64,000 bases of DNA, from contig RHPI01000810.1 of the NCBI GenBank assembly GCA_009103225.1, forward strand, positions 248,001-312,000. The letters run 5' to 3'. The notes under the pieces are model-generated. The model did no database searches. It worked only from the letters and a program-made list of their open reading frames with translations, and was not told the DNA's origin. Source of the stretch: Chlorokybus atmophyticus. Its lineage: Eukaryota; Plantae; Mesostigma and Chlorokybus algae. Below, in pieces: positions 31,051 through 42,289 of the stretch; within the stretch, counting starts at the first letter, position 1, and each line of letters opens with the position of its first letter. A program made the position numbers and the translations under genes.

Positions 31051-31559
31051 GAAGGAAGAAAAAGCCATGGCAACCCAAGAAGCAGTGGATGCGACAGCCC
31101 TCGTCATCCTAGTAGGGTGGTTTACTGTGCTACAGTTGCATGTGTGTGTCAACACTGTATGTCTTGTGTAAGCACAGGTAGACTTACAGTTGTTTTGCAG
31201 ACATTTGATGCACGAGTTGGCTGCAGGGGCTGTCCACAGAGGCTGTCAAACAAGGGTGTCCCTGGCTCCTGAGGCTGTCGTTGGCTCCTGAGGCTGGGAG
31301 TCAGCACACAATGTGGAAAGATGGGAGTGGCTTCACATGGGGTCCAGCTGCCCAGGCGAACGTGCAACACAACAAAGCTGTTGTCAGCTGCGACTGTCAA
31401 CAGCAGCGTGCAGTGCATGTAGGAGACTGTAGGTATAGTACATGACGCTAGCTTAATACTGATGATCATGATCAGACTGTCCTTTGACAGTCCATTCCAG
31501 CATTTTTGTGAATTGTATGCGTGGCGGATTGTCTGCACCAGGCATGGTGCATGAAACAG

Positions 31560-32132
31560 CACGCACACCATGCATGGCTTCCATGCATGTGACATTATGA
31601 CAGACCATGATTGGTGCACCAAATCAAGGTAGACCAGACCATGTATGGTGCGGTGCCTGGCAGGACCATACGTGGTGCCGCTTGTGGACCATGTATGCGC
31701 AACACCTTGTCGGTAGCCGTGGACCATTCATGGTGCGACTGTCGACCAGACTGGCACCATATGTGGTCCACTGTGCAAGGAGGGCAGCGCACCATGATTG
31801 GTCCAGGCAATCTCAGTAACAAACATGACTTGCGGTCCGTATCCATGGACCATGTATGGTGCGACTGTTAGTCACCGGACATGAAGCAAGCAACAAACCA
31901 TGGATGGTCCACTGTTCCAGGGGGCATCGCACCATGCATGGTCCATAAATCTCATGCATACTGCCACCTGGCCAGGCCATGCCTGGTGCGTCCCAAGGGA
32001 CAATGGTACCATTCACGTGAAATTCGGACCATGCATGGTCCGACTGTCCATGAAAGCCGGACCATACATGGTCCGTCAATTTCACTTAGCAGGGGAAAAC
32101 CCTGGTCCGGCGTCACGGACCATTCATGGTCC
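31560..32132. repeat. right subterminal array of imperfect palindromes (G/C)ACCATNNATGGT(C/G)C
   Basis: More than ten copies, e.g. GGACCATTCATGGTGC (31721), GGACCATGTATGGTGC (31847), GCACCATGCATGGTCC (31929), GGACCATGCATGGTCC (32026), GGACCATACATGGTCC (32059), GGACCATTCATGGTCC (32117). Confidence 0.9.
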
Positions 32133-32150
32133 TTGAACGTCAATCCGTGT

Positions 32151-33208
32151 GTTGAGCTCACCAAACAAGAACGCTTTCTCTGCACTCAACCCTACTCTGT
32201 GGGGGAGGCGAAGCGTTTTGCAGGTGATGTACGAAGGCACCTTCTCGCTGGTGAACGTTTGACAAACTTGAACCCGCTAGGCAGCAGCACCTTATACTTG
32301 ATGTAGAGAAGCGGTTGAAAGATGTTGAACTAGGGGCAACCCCATTGGAGTTGCGTGCAGACCCTGCTCAAGTTGTGCATGTTGATGTCAATGAGCAAGG
32401 GGAGAAAACTACACATTAACAACCTGCACCAGCAGCTACTCGCACCACTTCAGAGGGAGCTCAACAGAGCCAACCTTTTGTGTTGCAACCCACTGAGACC
32501 ATAGATGAATTCATCCGGAAATTATTGTGCGTCTTTTACGCTGCTTTCGATGGCCCGCGTTGCGCATTCCAATCTTTAGCACAGTACTGTCGCCATCAGG
32601 AAGCGTTGGCGTGAGGCGTTACTTCTAGATTGGAGAATGCAAAGTCATTGATCTCTCATCTGTCTAAGCAAGTGACGGCATTGCGCTTTGCACCCGCCAC
32701 AAGCAATATGTCTGCCAGTGCCAAGATGGCACTGGTCAAGCCATCCAAGTTTGATCCCACTGACAGGAAGACTACTGTTAAAGAGTGGATCGTGTCTATC
32801 AACAATTGGTTGGCCTTAGCCAATGACATGTCAGAGTAGGACAAGTTCAACATTGTTCTCAATTGGCACCAGCTGGGGTGCAGATGCAATATGAGAAGGG
32901 CAAGTTTGCCAATACCATGCAAGCACAGCTGGGCTACATGCGCATTCACTATCAGAGTGTTGCGCCTTGGGTGGAAGCAGATGAGAAGTTGGCCAAACTT
33001 CGCATGAGCAACAAAAGTGCTGATGTGTACGCGCGCGAGTGGCGCCTGTTGGTTGATAAAGTCAACCAATGACCACTTCTGTACGATGCGGCTGCACCGA
33101 TGCGCTCCTTTCGCAGTGGATTACGCAAGGATCTCGTCACCAGCTTGCAGCTGAGAGGGGACAACACTGTGTGGGGGCCTGGGGATCTGGATGAGTACAT
33201 CAAGGCTG
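32151..33208 (+). pseudogene. Gypsy element B: degenerate gag, 5' part (interrupted by element A)
   Basis: MALVKPSKFDPTDRKTTVKEWIVSINNW...EADEKLAKLRM..KSADVYAREWRLLV...FRSGLRKDL is a retrotransposon-gag pattern with internal stops; the reading resumes at 40056. Confidence 0.8.
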
Positions 33209-33545
33209 TGTAACGGTGTGCTACCTCCATAGAGGTTCCCCGCCCTTATTTAGGATTAAATAAGGGTCTCAACGGGATTATACAGCCTATTAAGCCATAT
33301 TAGGGCCGTTAACTTATGTTAAAGCCCTAATGTAGTGTTACTTATCTGTAACACTGATATCGACATGAGACATGAGTCTCATGTCGATATCAGCCGCATG
33401 GCGGTGCTGCTAACGCAGCGACCGCCATAGCCAGGGCATCTTCTGCTTCGGCAGTTCCCCCTGGCGGCGGCGGCGTGGGCGTGGAGGCTGGTGGTGGTGT
33501 TGGGGTAGGGGATTAAAGGGAGGAGGGAGGCACCCCTCTCTTACA
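33209..33545 (+). repeat. 5' LTR of element A (337 bp)
   Basis: Differs from the 3' LTR by about 10 substitutions and one 6-bp indel (counted by eye). Confidence 0.97.
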
Positions 33546-34378
33546 TTGGTATCGGAGCGCGGGCGGCGAGGGGCTTGTGGGAGGGGCGGCGGCAGGCGGC
33601 AGCGAGTGCGGCGGCTGGCGGCAGCTAGCGCTACCCATTAGGGTGGGTAGTAGTAGTTGTTAGCTAGTTGTTGTTGTTGTTGTTGTTATAGTAGTTATAA
33701 TTGCTGCTGGTGCTTAGCCTAGTTTTGCTTGCCTTGCCCTGCCCTGCCTAGCCAGGTTGGTTAGCTTGCGTGAAGGGGAGGCGGCCACTTAGGCAGCCCC
33801 CCCTAAGCATTGCATGCCCAGCACATCACTTGTAATCACATTATTGTGATAACAAACTGTGCTTGTGCTTGTGTTGTGACTTGCCACCACGTGGATTCGT
33901 GGTGGTGTAAAGGCTGTGCAATAGTTTTCACAAAACCAACCCTTGTGAGGCAGTCCGGTGGCAACATCGGCTGCCGTTACCGCCAGTTAGTGCGGTGAGG
34001 CTGCCAGAGTCACTCTTTGCGGCCGATATCAAACTCACAACTCACAGCTCGTTGATATCAGCCTGTAGGGTTGATTCAATGAGATTTTGGCACCCTATGT
34101 GTCAATTACAATTATGGGTTGAGCTGAGTTGTACAAAATGCAAACTTTGACAAGTTGTGACTTGTGAACCGCCGCGTGGATTTGCGTGCGGTTTGTTTCA
34201 ACTTGAGTGTCTAGTTGAAAGGTGTGTGGAGAGCTCTTGTTTGAGCTGAATACTCCACGTTAAGCACTTGAAACTTGACGAGACAAAATCTATGGATTTT
34301 AACACTTTTGCAGTGCACAACTTGGGTGTTTTGTGCACTTGCACAATTCTACTATTGACGGCTTGTATTCTTGGGCAG

Positions 34379-35814
34379 ATGTCTGACCAAGGAGGGGATA
34401 ATGTGGAGAAGTCCACATCATATGAGCCATCGAGTGAAGACGAAGTGAACTACTCTGACACGAGTGAAAGCTATAAGCTTACTGACAGTGAGAAGGAAGG
34501 AGCTAAGCAAGACAGCGAAGCTTCTCCCAACCAGTCTGCTCAAAGTGGACCAGCTGCAGTGGACACACGGAGTGTCATTGGCGGGGCCATTGAGAAGTAT
34601 GCCTCAGAGCGTAAAGCTCTACTTCCTGCCCACCCTCAGCTTCGTCAAGAAACGTGGGACGCATGGGCGCAGATCGTTCGTGATGGCTATGAGACAGACT
34701 TTGCCACACTCCCCCGTGCAAGCAAGGAGATGGTGATCCGCATGCTTAAACATGAGCTGACGAAAAACATCCCGCCACTCGTGCGAGGTGATCCAAAAGT
34801 GGCTGCTATCATGGCCGTATATGATAAGCCTCTCCCTTACCAAGGCAAGCGAATGGCGTTTGAGGCTTTGGCCAACTTGGGAGTGGAACCTCACAGCGTT
34901 GCAAGGATGTGTTCTGGTACTTGGGACCAAACTTGGAAGACAAGCTGACTGGCCGAGTGCAGTTGACGGCACGCCTCGATGCCATGCAAGCTGAGTTGGT
35001 GGCGCTGCGCCAACAGGTGGCAGGTGCTACTTCGGCAGCTGGGGCATCAGCAGGTCTGCCGGTGACAGCTCTGAACAAACCTGAGAAGTTCAAGCCTAAC
35101 GGCAGCATCAGCATTCACGACTGGGTGGTCACTGTCGAGCACTACTTGACGGCACTCAAGCGCCCGGTTAATGAGCACATTGCTGTTGCTGAATTGCTCA
35201 TGCCATCTGATGCTCTCGCCAAATGGGCGAGGCAGACAGAAGATGGTGCTGCCAAGACAGTGGAGGCACTTTGCCAGTTCCTGCTGGAACGCTATGGTGG
35301 CATGGACCCGGCTACTCAGGCTCGCAACAAGCTCAGCAAGTTGCGCCAAAATGGTTGGGCGGCCTCAACCTATCTGCAGGAGTTTCAGGCATTGGTGGGT
35401 CGTGCAAACAGCGGCCTCACGGACAAGGCCGAGCAGTTTGAGTTGTACAAGCGCGGCTTGGATGCGCGTGTGCGTGATCAGCTGCGTAGTACAACACGGC
35501 AACGGGACTTCCTTGGGTTCCGGACGACTTGGCCAAGCTGCAGAAGCTGAGCGTGTACCTGTACAATGATGACACGACGGTGCAGGACAAGTCACATGTG
35601 GCAGTTTCGGCCAAGCCGCCGGGGGTGGGGGGAAAGCGTTGCTCTCATCCGAGTGCACACCAGGCAAAGAAGACGAAGACATTTGGTGCTTTTACCAGTG
35701 GCGCACCTGCTGGTGGTGCCATGCCTGCTGTTGCTCGCACCTGTTACGTCTGTCATCAGCCTGGTCACATCGCAAAGAACCAAGGGGAAGGGCAAAGCCA
35801 AGAAGGTTGAATAG
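34379..35814 (+). pseudogene. element A gag with long N-terminal extension, frameshifted
   Basis: ORF pieces 34268-34948, 34909-35550 (KPEKF...IHDW...QARNKLSKLRQ...YLQEF...YKRGL) and 35529-35810 (zinc knuckle CYVCHQPGH, last Cys lost). Confidence 0.85.
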
Positions 35815-38800
35815 GATTACACCGTGATTGATGTAGGAGTGGTTGATAACCAGTTGCTTGTACTAGTGGCAAACTGGTTTGATGAGCTGTCTCAAGTGCA
35901 TGTAATGACGCATGCATGGCAAGCACATAACAACTTGCCACTTTTTGATGTTGAAAAGGTGGAAGAGAATGCTTGTGTGTTGAAACATGTGGAGTTTAAC
36001 ATGCTTACCGATGTGTTGCACACTTTAACCAAGTTGCAAAGTAAGCACAGAATTTTAAGTGTGGTAGTGATGGTGCCCAAATATCATGGCCCATGGTTAA
36101 AACACACTCGAGGGGGAACTGTGTTGAAGCAATTTAGCAAGCGTGAAACATGGACAGTGCGATTGTCAGCAATTTTACTCAACCCTCGCATTAGTCACGG
36201 ACTCTTGGCAACATTTCAAGGACGGGTAGTACCTCTGTTGTGGACATTCAGTGGCACAATGCAAGGGGTAAATAGTTCGTTCTTGATTGACACTGGTGCA
36301 ACACACAATTTCGTTGAGGAACAATGGGTTGTGCGCAACAAGATAGCGTGTAAACCCTCTGCATTTTCAGCTGCCGGTGCGGGGGGGGGGGCGTTGCCAG
36401 TGAAAGGGGAAATAAAAATGAACATGAAGATTGGTAAATATCATGCCACTCTTACTTTCATAGTGGTATCCATCGACATATTAGGTGTTGATGTGCTATT
36501 AGGACAGGATTGGCAGGAGAATGTAAAAATGACATTGGATACTGGGGTACGCTTGTGCACAGTAAAGAAAGGTCGTAAGCGTGTAACATTGTCTTTAAAA
36601 GGGTCACATAGCTTGGACCACAAGCAGCCCGACCCAGCGCTACTCACTGCACTGCAAGTGCAACGTGCGTTGCGCAAAAACACACCGGCTTTTCTGGTAC
36701 ACTTGACGTCGTCGGATGACTTTGTGCCGGGAAATGCAGAAGGTGTTGCAGACATCATTGAGAAATATCAAGATGTGTTCTCAGATGAGTTGCCAGGCTT
36801 ACCTCTTGATCGAGGTGTCGGACACATAATACCACTTATTCCCTGATAGTGAGCCTCCGTTTCGGCCTACATATAGGCTGAGCCCCCGAGAAAGGGAAGA
36901 AATGGAAACTCAAATCAAAGAGTTATTGGAAAAGGGATTGATTGAACCGAGTTCTTCACCCTTTGGCGCGCCCATCTTGTTTATGATGAAAAAGAATGGA
37001 AAGCTGCGCATGTGAGTGGATTAACGTGCTTTGAACAAGATCACGGTAAAGAATCGATACCCGTTGCCCCGGATTGATGATGTGTTTGATAAACTGTCGG
37101 GAAATGCGTACTTTAGTACGTTGGACTTGACAAGTGGGTATCATCAAATCCGGATTCATCCTTTTGATGTTTACAAAACAGCATTTAAAACACCTTCAGG
37201 CCATTATCAATACAAAGTGTTACCTTTTGGATTGACTAATGCGCCTGCAGTGTTTCAGAAGGAAATGAATAAGATTATTGGTGGCATACTTGGCAAGTAT
37301 GTTATGGTTTACTTGGATGACATCATTGTCTTTACTGAAACTAAGGAAGAGCATAAGCAGCACTTGGAAACGGTGTTCGCCTTGCTGCGTACACATCGCT
37401 TGTTTGCCAACTTGTCAAAGTGTGACTTTTGCAAGACAGAGTTGCCATTCTTAGGGCATATTGTGAGTGGTGCGGGTGTCAAACCTGACCCTCGCAAAGT
37501 GCAAGTGGTAAAAGCTTGGCCTCAACCCAAGAATATTCATCAATTGCGATCATTCTTGGGGTTGGCAAACTACTTTTGCAAGTTCATGATGGGGTACTCT
37601 ACAGTTGTGGTACCTTTGACAAAACTGTTGCGAAAGGATGCCCCATTCTCTTGGACAGCAGCACAAGAAGCTGCTAGCAACAAGTAAAGCTGGCTTTGAC
37701 TTCGACACCAGTATTGGCATTGCCGAATTGGGATAAACACTTCACTGTGATTAGCGATGCCTCCACCCTTGAGTGTGGTGAAGTATTGCTACAGGATGGC
37801 CGACCATGTGCTTATGAGAGTAGGAAACTCATCCCAGCAGAGGTGAACTACATTACCACTGAGCAGGAATTGCTTGGTATAGTGCATGCTCTTGAAACAT
37901 GGCGATGTTACTTGGAGGGAGTTCAATTCACAGTGGTGACTGATCACAACCCGTTGGTGTACTTCTCAACACAGCTAAACTTGTCGCGTAGGCAAGCTCG
38001 CTGGAATGAGTTCCTGTCGCGGTTTACCTTTGGATGGGTATACCGGCCGGGCAGGACCAACGTGGCAGATCCTCTGAGTCGCTGTCCGTCATTGTTGGCA
38101 GTTATGCGTGCGCAGTTGCTTGCAACGCAAGGTACATTGCCTCCTGATGATGAGTTTGTGCAAGCTGTTTTACAGGGGTATGCGTTAGACCCATGGTTCT
38201 CTTTACAACAGAATGTACAACAGCTTGACAAAAGAGACAACTTGTATTATATGGGCGCCAGCTTGGTGATACCTGACCATGCTGGGTTGCGCATAAAATG
38301 CATAGCTGAAGTACACGATCCACCGTATGCTGGGCACTTTGGCGGTCGCAAGACTACTAAGGCAGCGCAACAGTTGTACTGGTGGTCATCATTGCCTGTT
38401 GACACGTGAAGCATTATGTTGATACGTGTGACAAATGTCAGCGTGACAAGCCGTTACGTCAGAAACCCGCTGGGTTGCTGCAACCTTTGCCTGTTCTTGA
38501 TGGCAAGTGGGAAAGTGTGAGTATGGACCTAATTACTGAGCTCCCGGAGACAGCATTAGGGCACACTGCGGTTGCAGTTTTTCTGGATCGTTTAACAAAA
38601 ATGGTTCACATTGTCCCTTGCCGCACGGAAATAGGCTCCCGTGAATTAGCGATGGCTTTTGTCGCCTCTGTGTTTAAGTTACATGGTTTGCCTCGTAACT
38701 TCGTGGCTGATCGCGATCCGCGATTTGTAGCTCAGTTCTGGAAGTCGCTATGCAGCTTCTTACATATTCAGCAAAACATGAGCACAGCTTACCATCCACA

Positions 38801-39535
38801 GATGGATGGTCAGACAGAGCGCGCCAATCAAGTGATTGAGGAAACCGTCTGGCATTATGTGAGTCCGAACCAATCTGATTGGGATGTTTATCTCGCAATG
38901 GCTGAGTTCGCAATTAACAATGCGTGGCAAGAGAGTGTGCAGGAAACTCCGTTTTTCTTGAATTATGGAGTGCATCCACTGAGTCCTGCAAACATTAAGT
39001 TGCCCGCTACCGACATAACTCGCGTACCTGCAGCACGCGAGATGGCTTCGGCCATGCAGGATAGCTTAGCATTGGCAAAGGACTGTTTGCACGCAGCGCA
39101 AGACAGACAAAAAGCCCATGCTGATGCGCATCGTAGAGAGGCCAACTACGATGTGGGCTGTTCGGTGCTTCTCAGCACCAAAAACATATCCATCAAGGGA
39201 GTGGGTACCCGCAACTTTTCCCTTCGCTGGATAGGCCCGTTTAAAGTGATTGATCGGGTCGGCACTCACGCGTATCGTTTGGAATTGCCAAATCGATACG
39301 TATTCACAATGTGTTTCATGTGAGTGTACTGAAACCGTACCGTTCTGACGGTCGGGTGCAACCTCCTCCACCCCCCGTTGCAGTGGATGGCGACGATACT
39401 TTTGAGTATGAGGTGGAAACAATCCTGAGTCATCGTAAGCCTCGACGCGGACGCGCGCCGTCTTACTTGGTAAAATGGAAAGGGTATGGTAGAGCACAAT
39501 CCATGGGAGCCCGAAAGGAATCTTACACACTGCCA
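35815..39535 (+). pseudogene. element A pol: extra domain, aspartic protease, RT, RNase H, integrase and chromodomain, with stops and frameshifts
   Basis: FLIDTGATHNF and VLLGQDW (PR); KNRYPLPRIDD, YLDDII (RT); SDAS..AYESRKL..TDHNPL (RH); HDPPYAGH..CDKC, SMDL, ADRDPRF, QTERANQ, WIGPF (IN); YEVETIL..YLVKWKGYG..WEP (chromodomain). Confidence 0.95.
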
Positions 39536-39707
39536 GGAGATTCTTCGGGGGGTACTGGAGTACTGTGTCCACGCGCGGACAGTAAAAGGGTGCTGGCAGA
39601 CATCTTTACCGCTTCGGCCCTGATTCTCTTACTACTTTCGTTTCTTTACTCGTGGTGGGGCTTTGCTAACCCTTTAATGAGGACATTGAAATCTAAGTGG
39701 GGGGGAA

Positions 39708-40050
39708 TGTAACGGTGTGCTACCTCCATGGAGGTTCCCCGCCCTTATTTAGGATTAAATAAAGGTCCCAACGGGATTATACAGCCTATTAAGCCATATT
39801 AGGGCCGTTAACTTATGTTAAGGCCCTAATGTAGTGTTACTTATCTGTAACACTGATATCGACATGAGACATGAGTCTCATGTCGATATCAGCCGCATGG
39901 CGGCGCTGCTAACGCAGCGACCGCCATAGCCACGGCATCTTCTGCTTCGGCAGTTCCCCCTGGCGGCGTCGGCGTCGGCGTCGGCGTGGTGGCTGGTGGT
40001 GGTGTAGGGGTAGGGGATTAAAGGGAGGAGGGAGGCACCCCTCTCTTACA
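39708..40050 (+). repeat. 3' LTR of element A (343 bp)
   Basis: TGTAACGGTGTGCTACC...CCCCTCTCTTACA, preceded by a polypurine tract and followed by the TSD. Confidence 0.97.
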
Positions 40051-40055
40051 GGCTG

Positions 40056-42210
40056 TAATCAGTCTCAACCACTCTTTGCGATCTACTAAAGCAACTCATC
40101 CTGAGGATACAGCTGCAGAAAAAGAGAGAGCACACGGACGGCAAACGTGGAGCACCTCAGCAGTTTGAGAGGTCCCGCTTCGATAAGCCAAAGGTGACTT
40201 GTGCTTCTTGCAGGAAGCCTGGTCACACGGCAGATCGTTGTTGGCAGCTGCACCTTGAGCTCAAGGCCTCTGCGTCTTAAAAGATGGGCAAGGGCAAAGG
40301 CCATTAGACTCAGCAGCAGCTGTAGGGATTAGCCATGGCCACTGTGCCAAGAGACGCTGATTTGGACATTATATCTGTTTTACATACGCATGGTGCTACA
40401 CATGCTTGGTTTGATCATGATACGTTGCCTGTATTGCGGCGTGATGAACCAGTGCATGATGCGCGTGTGTTTCTTTCGTGCAAACCAGCTGACTTAGCAA
40501 CTAATTTAGCAGAGTTTGCTATATTTCAAAACAGCATCCTGCTATCACAGGGTATGTCCTCATGCCATGCTACCATGGCTCATGGTCCAAATGATCATCA
40601 CATGGATACGTTGTGGTTAAGTTCAAGCGGATAATCGATATGCCTACTTCCAAAAAGTTGGTGGTGCTTCCGCCGCACAGTGACCATGCGCTTGTGGCCG
40701 CAGTTAATGGTCATCTTATTCCCTTACTATAGACCTTTCAGGGTTCTTTAGCGGGTTATCATGCTTCATTTGTGTTGGACACTGCTGCCACGCTTAGCTT
40801 CATTGATCATGCGTTTGAGAAACGCTTATCGTTGGCTATGTCACCAGCAAACATGCTGTTGCATGCCGCAGGGCGTAACGCTTTGCCTCTATATGGCGTG
40901 GTCAATGCACGCATGCGCATTGGTGCATACTCGGGCGTGTTTAACCTGTTAGTCACAGATCTTGGGATTGACAATACTAATGTCATACTGGGGCTTGATT
41001 GGCAACAAGCTGTGCATCTAACTCTGTACACATATGCGAAGACATGTCCTGTACGCAAAGATAAGCGTAAAGTTACGCTCACCACGCAACTGCGACGAAC
41101 TGCCAGAGCCTGCAGGGCTTTAAAATGCTCTGCAAGCCAAACGTGTGTATCGCAAACACAAATCAATGGCCTTTTTGGCTCATGTACGTGCTTCTTCCAA
41201 TGCCAACAGCGCTGCCATAAATGGCAATCCTACAATGCAACAAGTGGTGACCACATTTAGCGATGTCTTTGCTGACGCTTTGCCGGAACTACCACCAGAT
41301 AGAGGTATTGGTCGTACCATTCCTATAGAAGTAGGATCTGCCCCTCCTTCACGATCTACCTATAGGCTAAGTCATGTAGAGTGGGTAGAAATGGAAAAGC
41401 AGATCAAAGAGTTATTGGCCAAAAGTTCAGCCGAGTAAATCCCCATACGGCTCTCCCATTCTCTTTGTGCGAAAGAAAAACGGGAAGCTATGCATGTATG
41501 TGAATCATCGTGCATTGAACAAGATCACGGTCAAAAATAGGTACCCTTTACCACGCATTGATAACATGCTGGACTCATTGTTGGGGAGTAAGTGCTTTAC
41601 ATCACTCGACTTGACCAATGGTTATCAAATCTAGTTGCATCCTGATTATGTACATAAGATTGCTTTCAGAACGCCGATTGGCCATTATTAATACAAGGTG
41701 TTGCTGTTTGGTTCGACCAACGCACCCGCAGTCTTTCAAGCCTGCGGATGAATGCTGTGTTTGGCGACTTGCTTAACAAGTTTGCAAAGGTCTACCTGGA
41801 TGACATTATTGTTCAGAGTAATGATGTGGATGAACATCAACAACATGTGGCAATTGTTCTTGAGCGACTGCGAAAGCACAAGTTGTTTGCCAACCTCAGT
41901 AAATGCAATTTTGGTAAGCAGGAGTTGCCATACTTGGGGCACATTGTTGGTGCTAATGGCATCAAGCCTGATTCTATTAAAGTTAAGGTCGTGGAAGATC
42001 GGCCTACACCTCGCAATCAGCATGAGCAGGTGTCATTTTTGGGCCAGGCTAACTACTTTCGACGTTTTATACTCGGTTACAGTTCATTGACTTTGCCGTT
42101 GACAACATTGTTGCGACAAGGACAATGCTTTACATGGGATGCAAAACATGACGAATTCATGCGCCTGATGAAGCGTGCACTGTTCTAACATCTGCACCTG
42201 TACTGAGCGG
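40056..42210 (+). pseudogene. Gypsy element B continued: gag zinc knuckle, extra domain, protease and RT; truncated before RNase H
   Basis: CASCRKPGHTADRC (CCHC), VLDTAATLSFID, VILGLDW, KNRYPLPRID, YLDDIIV, FLGQANYFRRFI, ending near TSAPVL; many stops and frameshifts. Confidence 0.9.
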
Positions 42211-42289
42211 CAAGACGGTGACTAAGCAAGCACATTAGCTCAGGCGGGAAGCTCACCAAGCTTTCATGGCATAATGCGGAGCTGGCGCG

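Larger units (their letters stand above)
24439..32150 (+). mobile_element. CACTA/EnSpm-type (CMC) DNA transposon, boundaries approximate
   Basis: Contains a spliced Tnp2-like transposase and palindromic CCATGCATGG-type subterminal repeats at both ends. No clean terminal inverted repeats (TIRs) were found; the boundaries are set by a candidate GTTGA direct repeat (24434-24438 / 32151-32155). Confidence 0.7.
33209..40050 (+). mobile_element. element A: full-length but disabled Ty3/Gypsy chromovirus-type LTR retrotransposon
   Basis: 5' LTR 33209-33545 and 3' LTR 39708-40050 (TG...CA); 5-bp TSD GGCTG (33204-33208 / 40051-40055); PBS TGGTATCGGAGC at 33547-33558; polypurine tract AAGTGGGGGGGAA before the 3' LTR; domain order gag-PR-RT-RH-IN-chromo. 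Confidence 0.97.

Noticed and set aside
31560-32132. CRISPR-like array of palindromic repeats
   Set aside because: The repeats are short, degenerate and irregularly spaced, there are no cas genes, and the context is eukaryotic; transposon subterminal repeats explain them.
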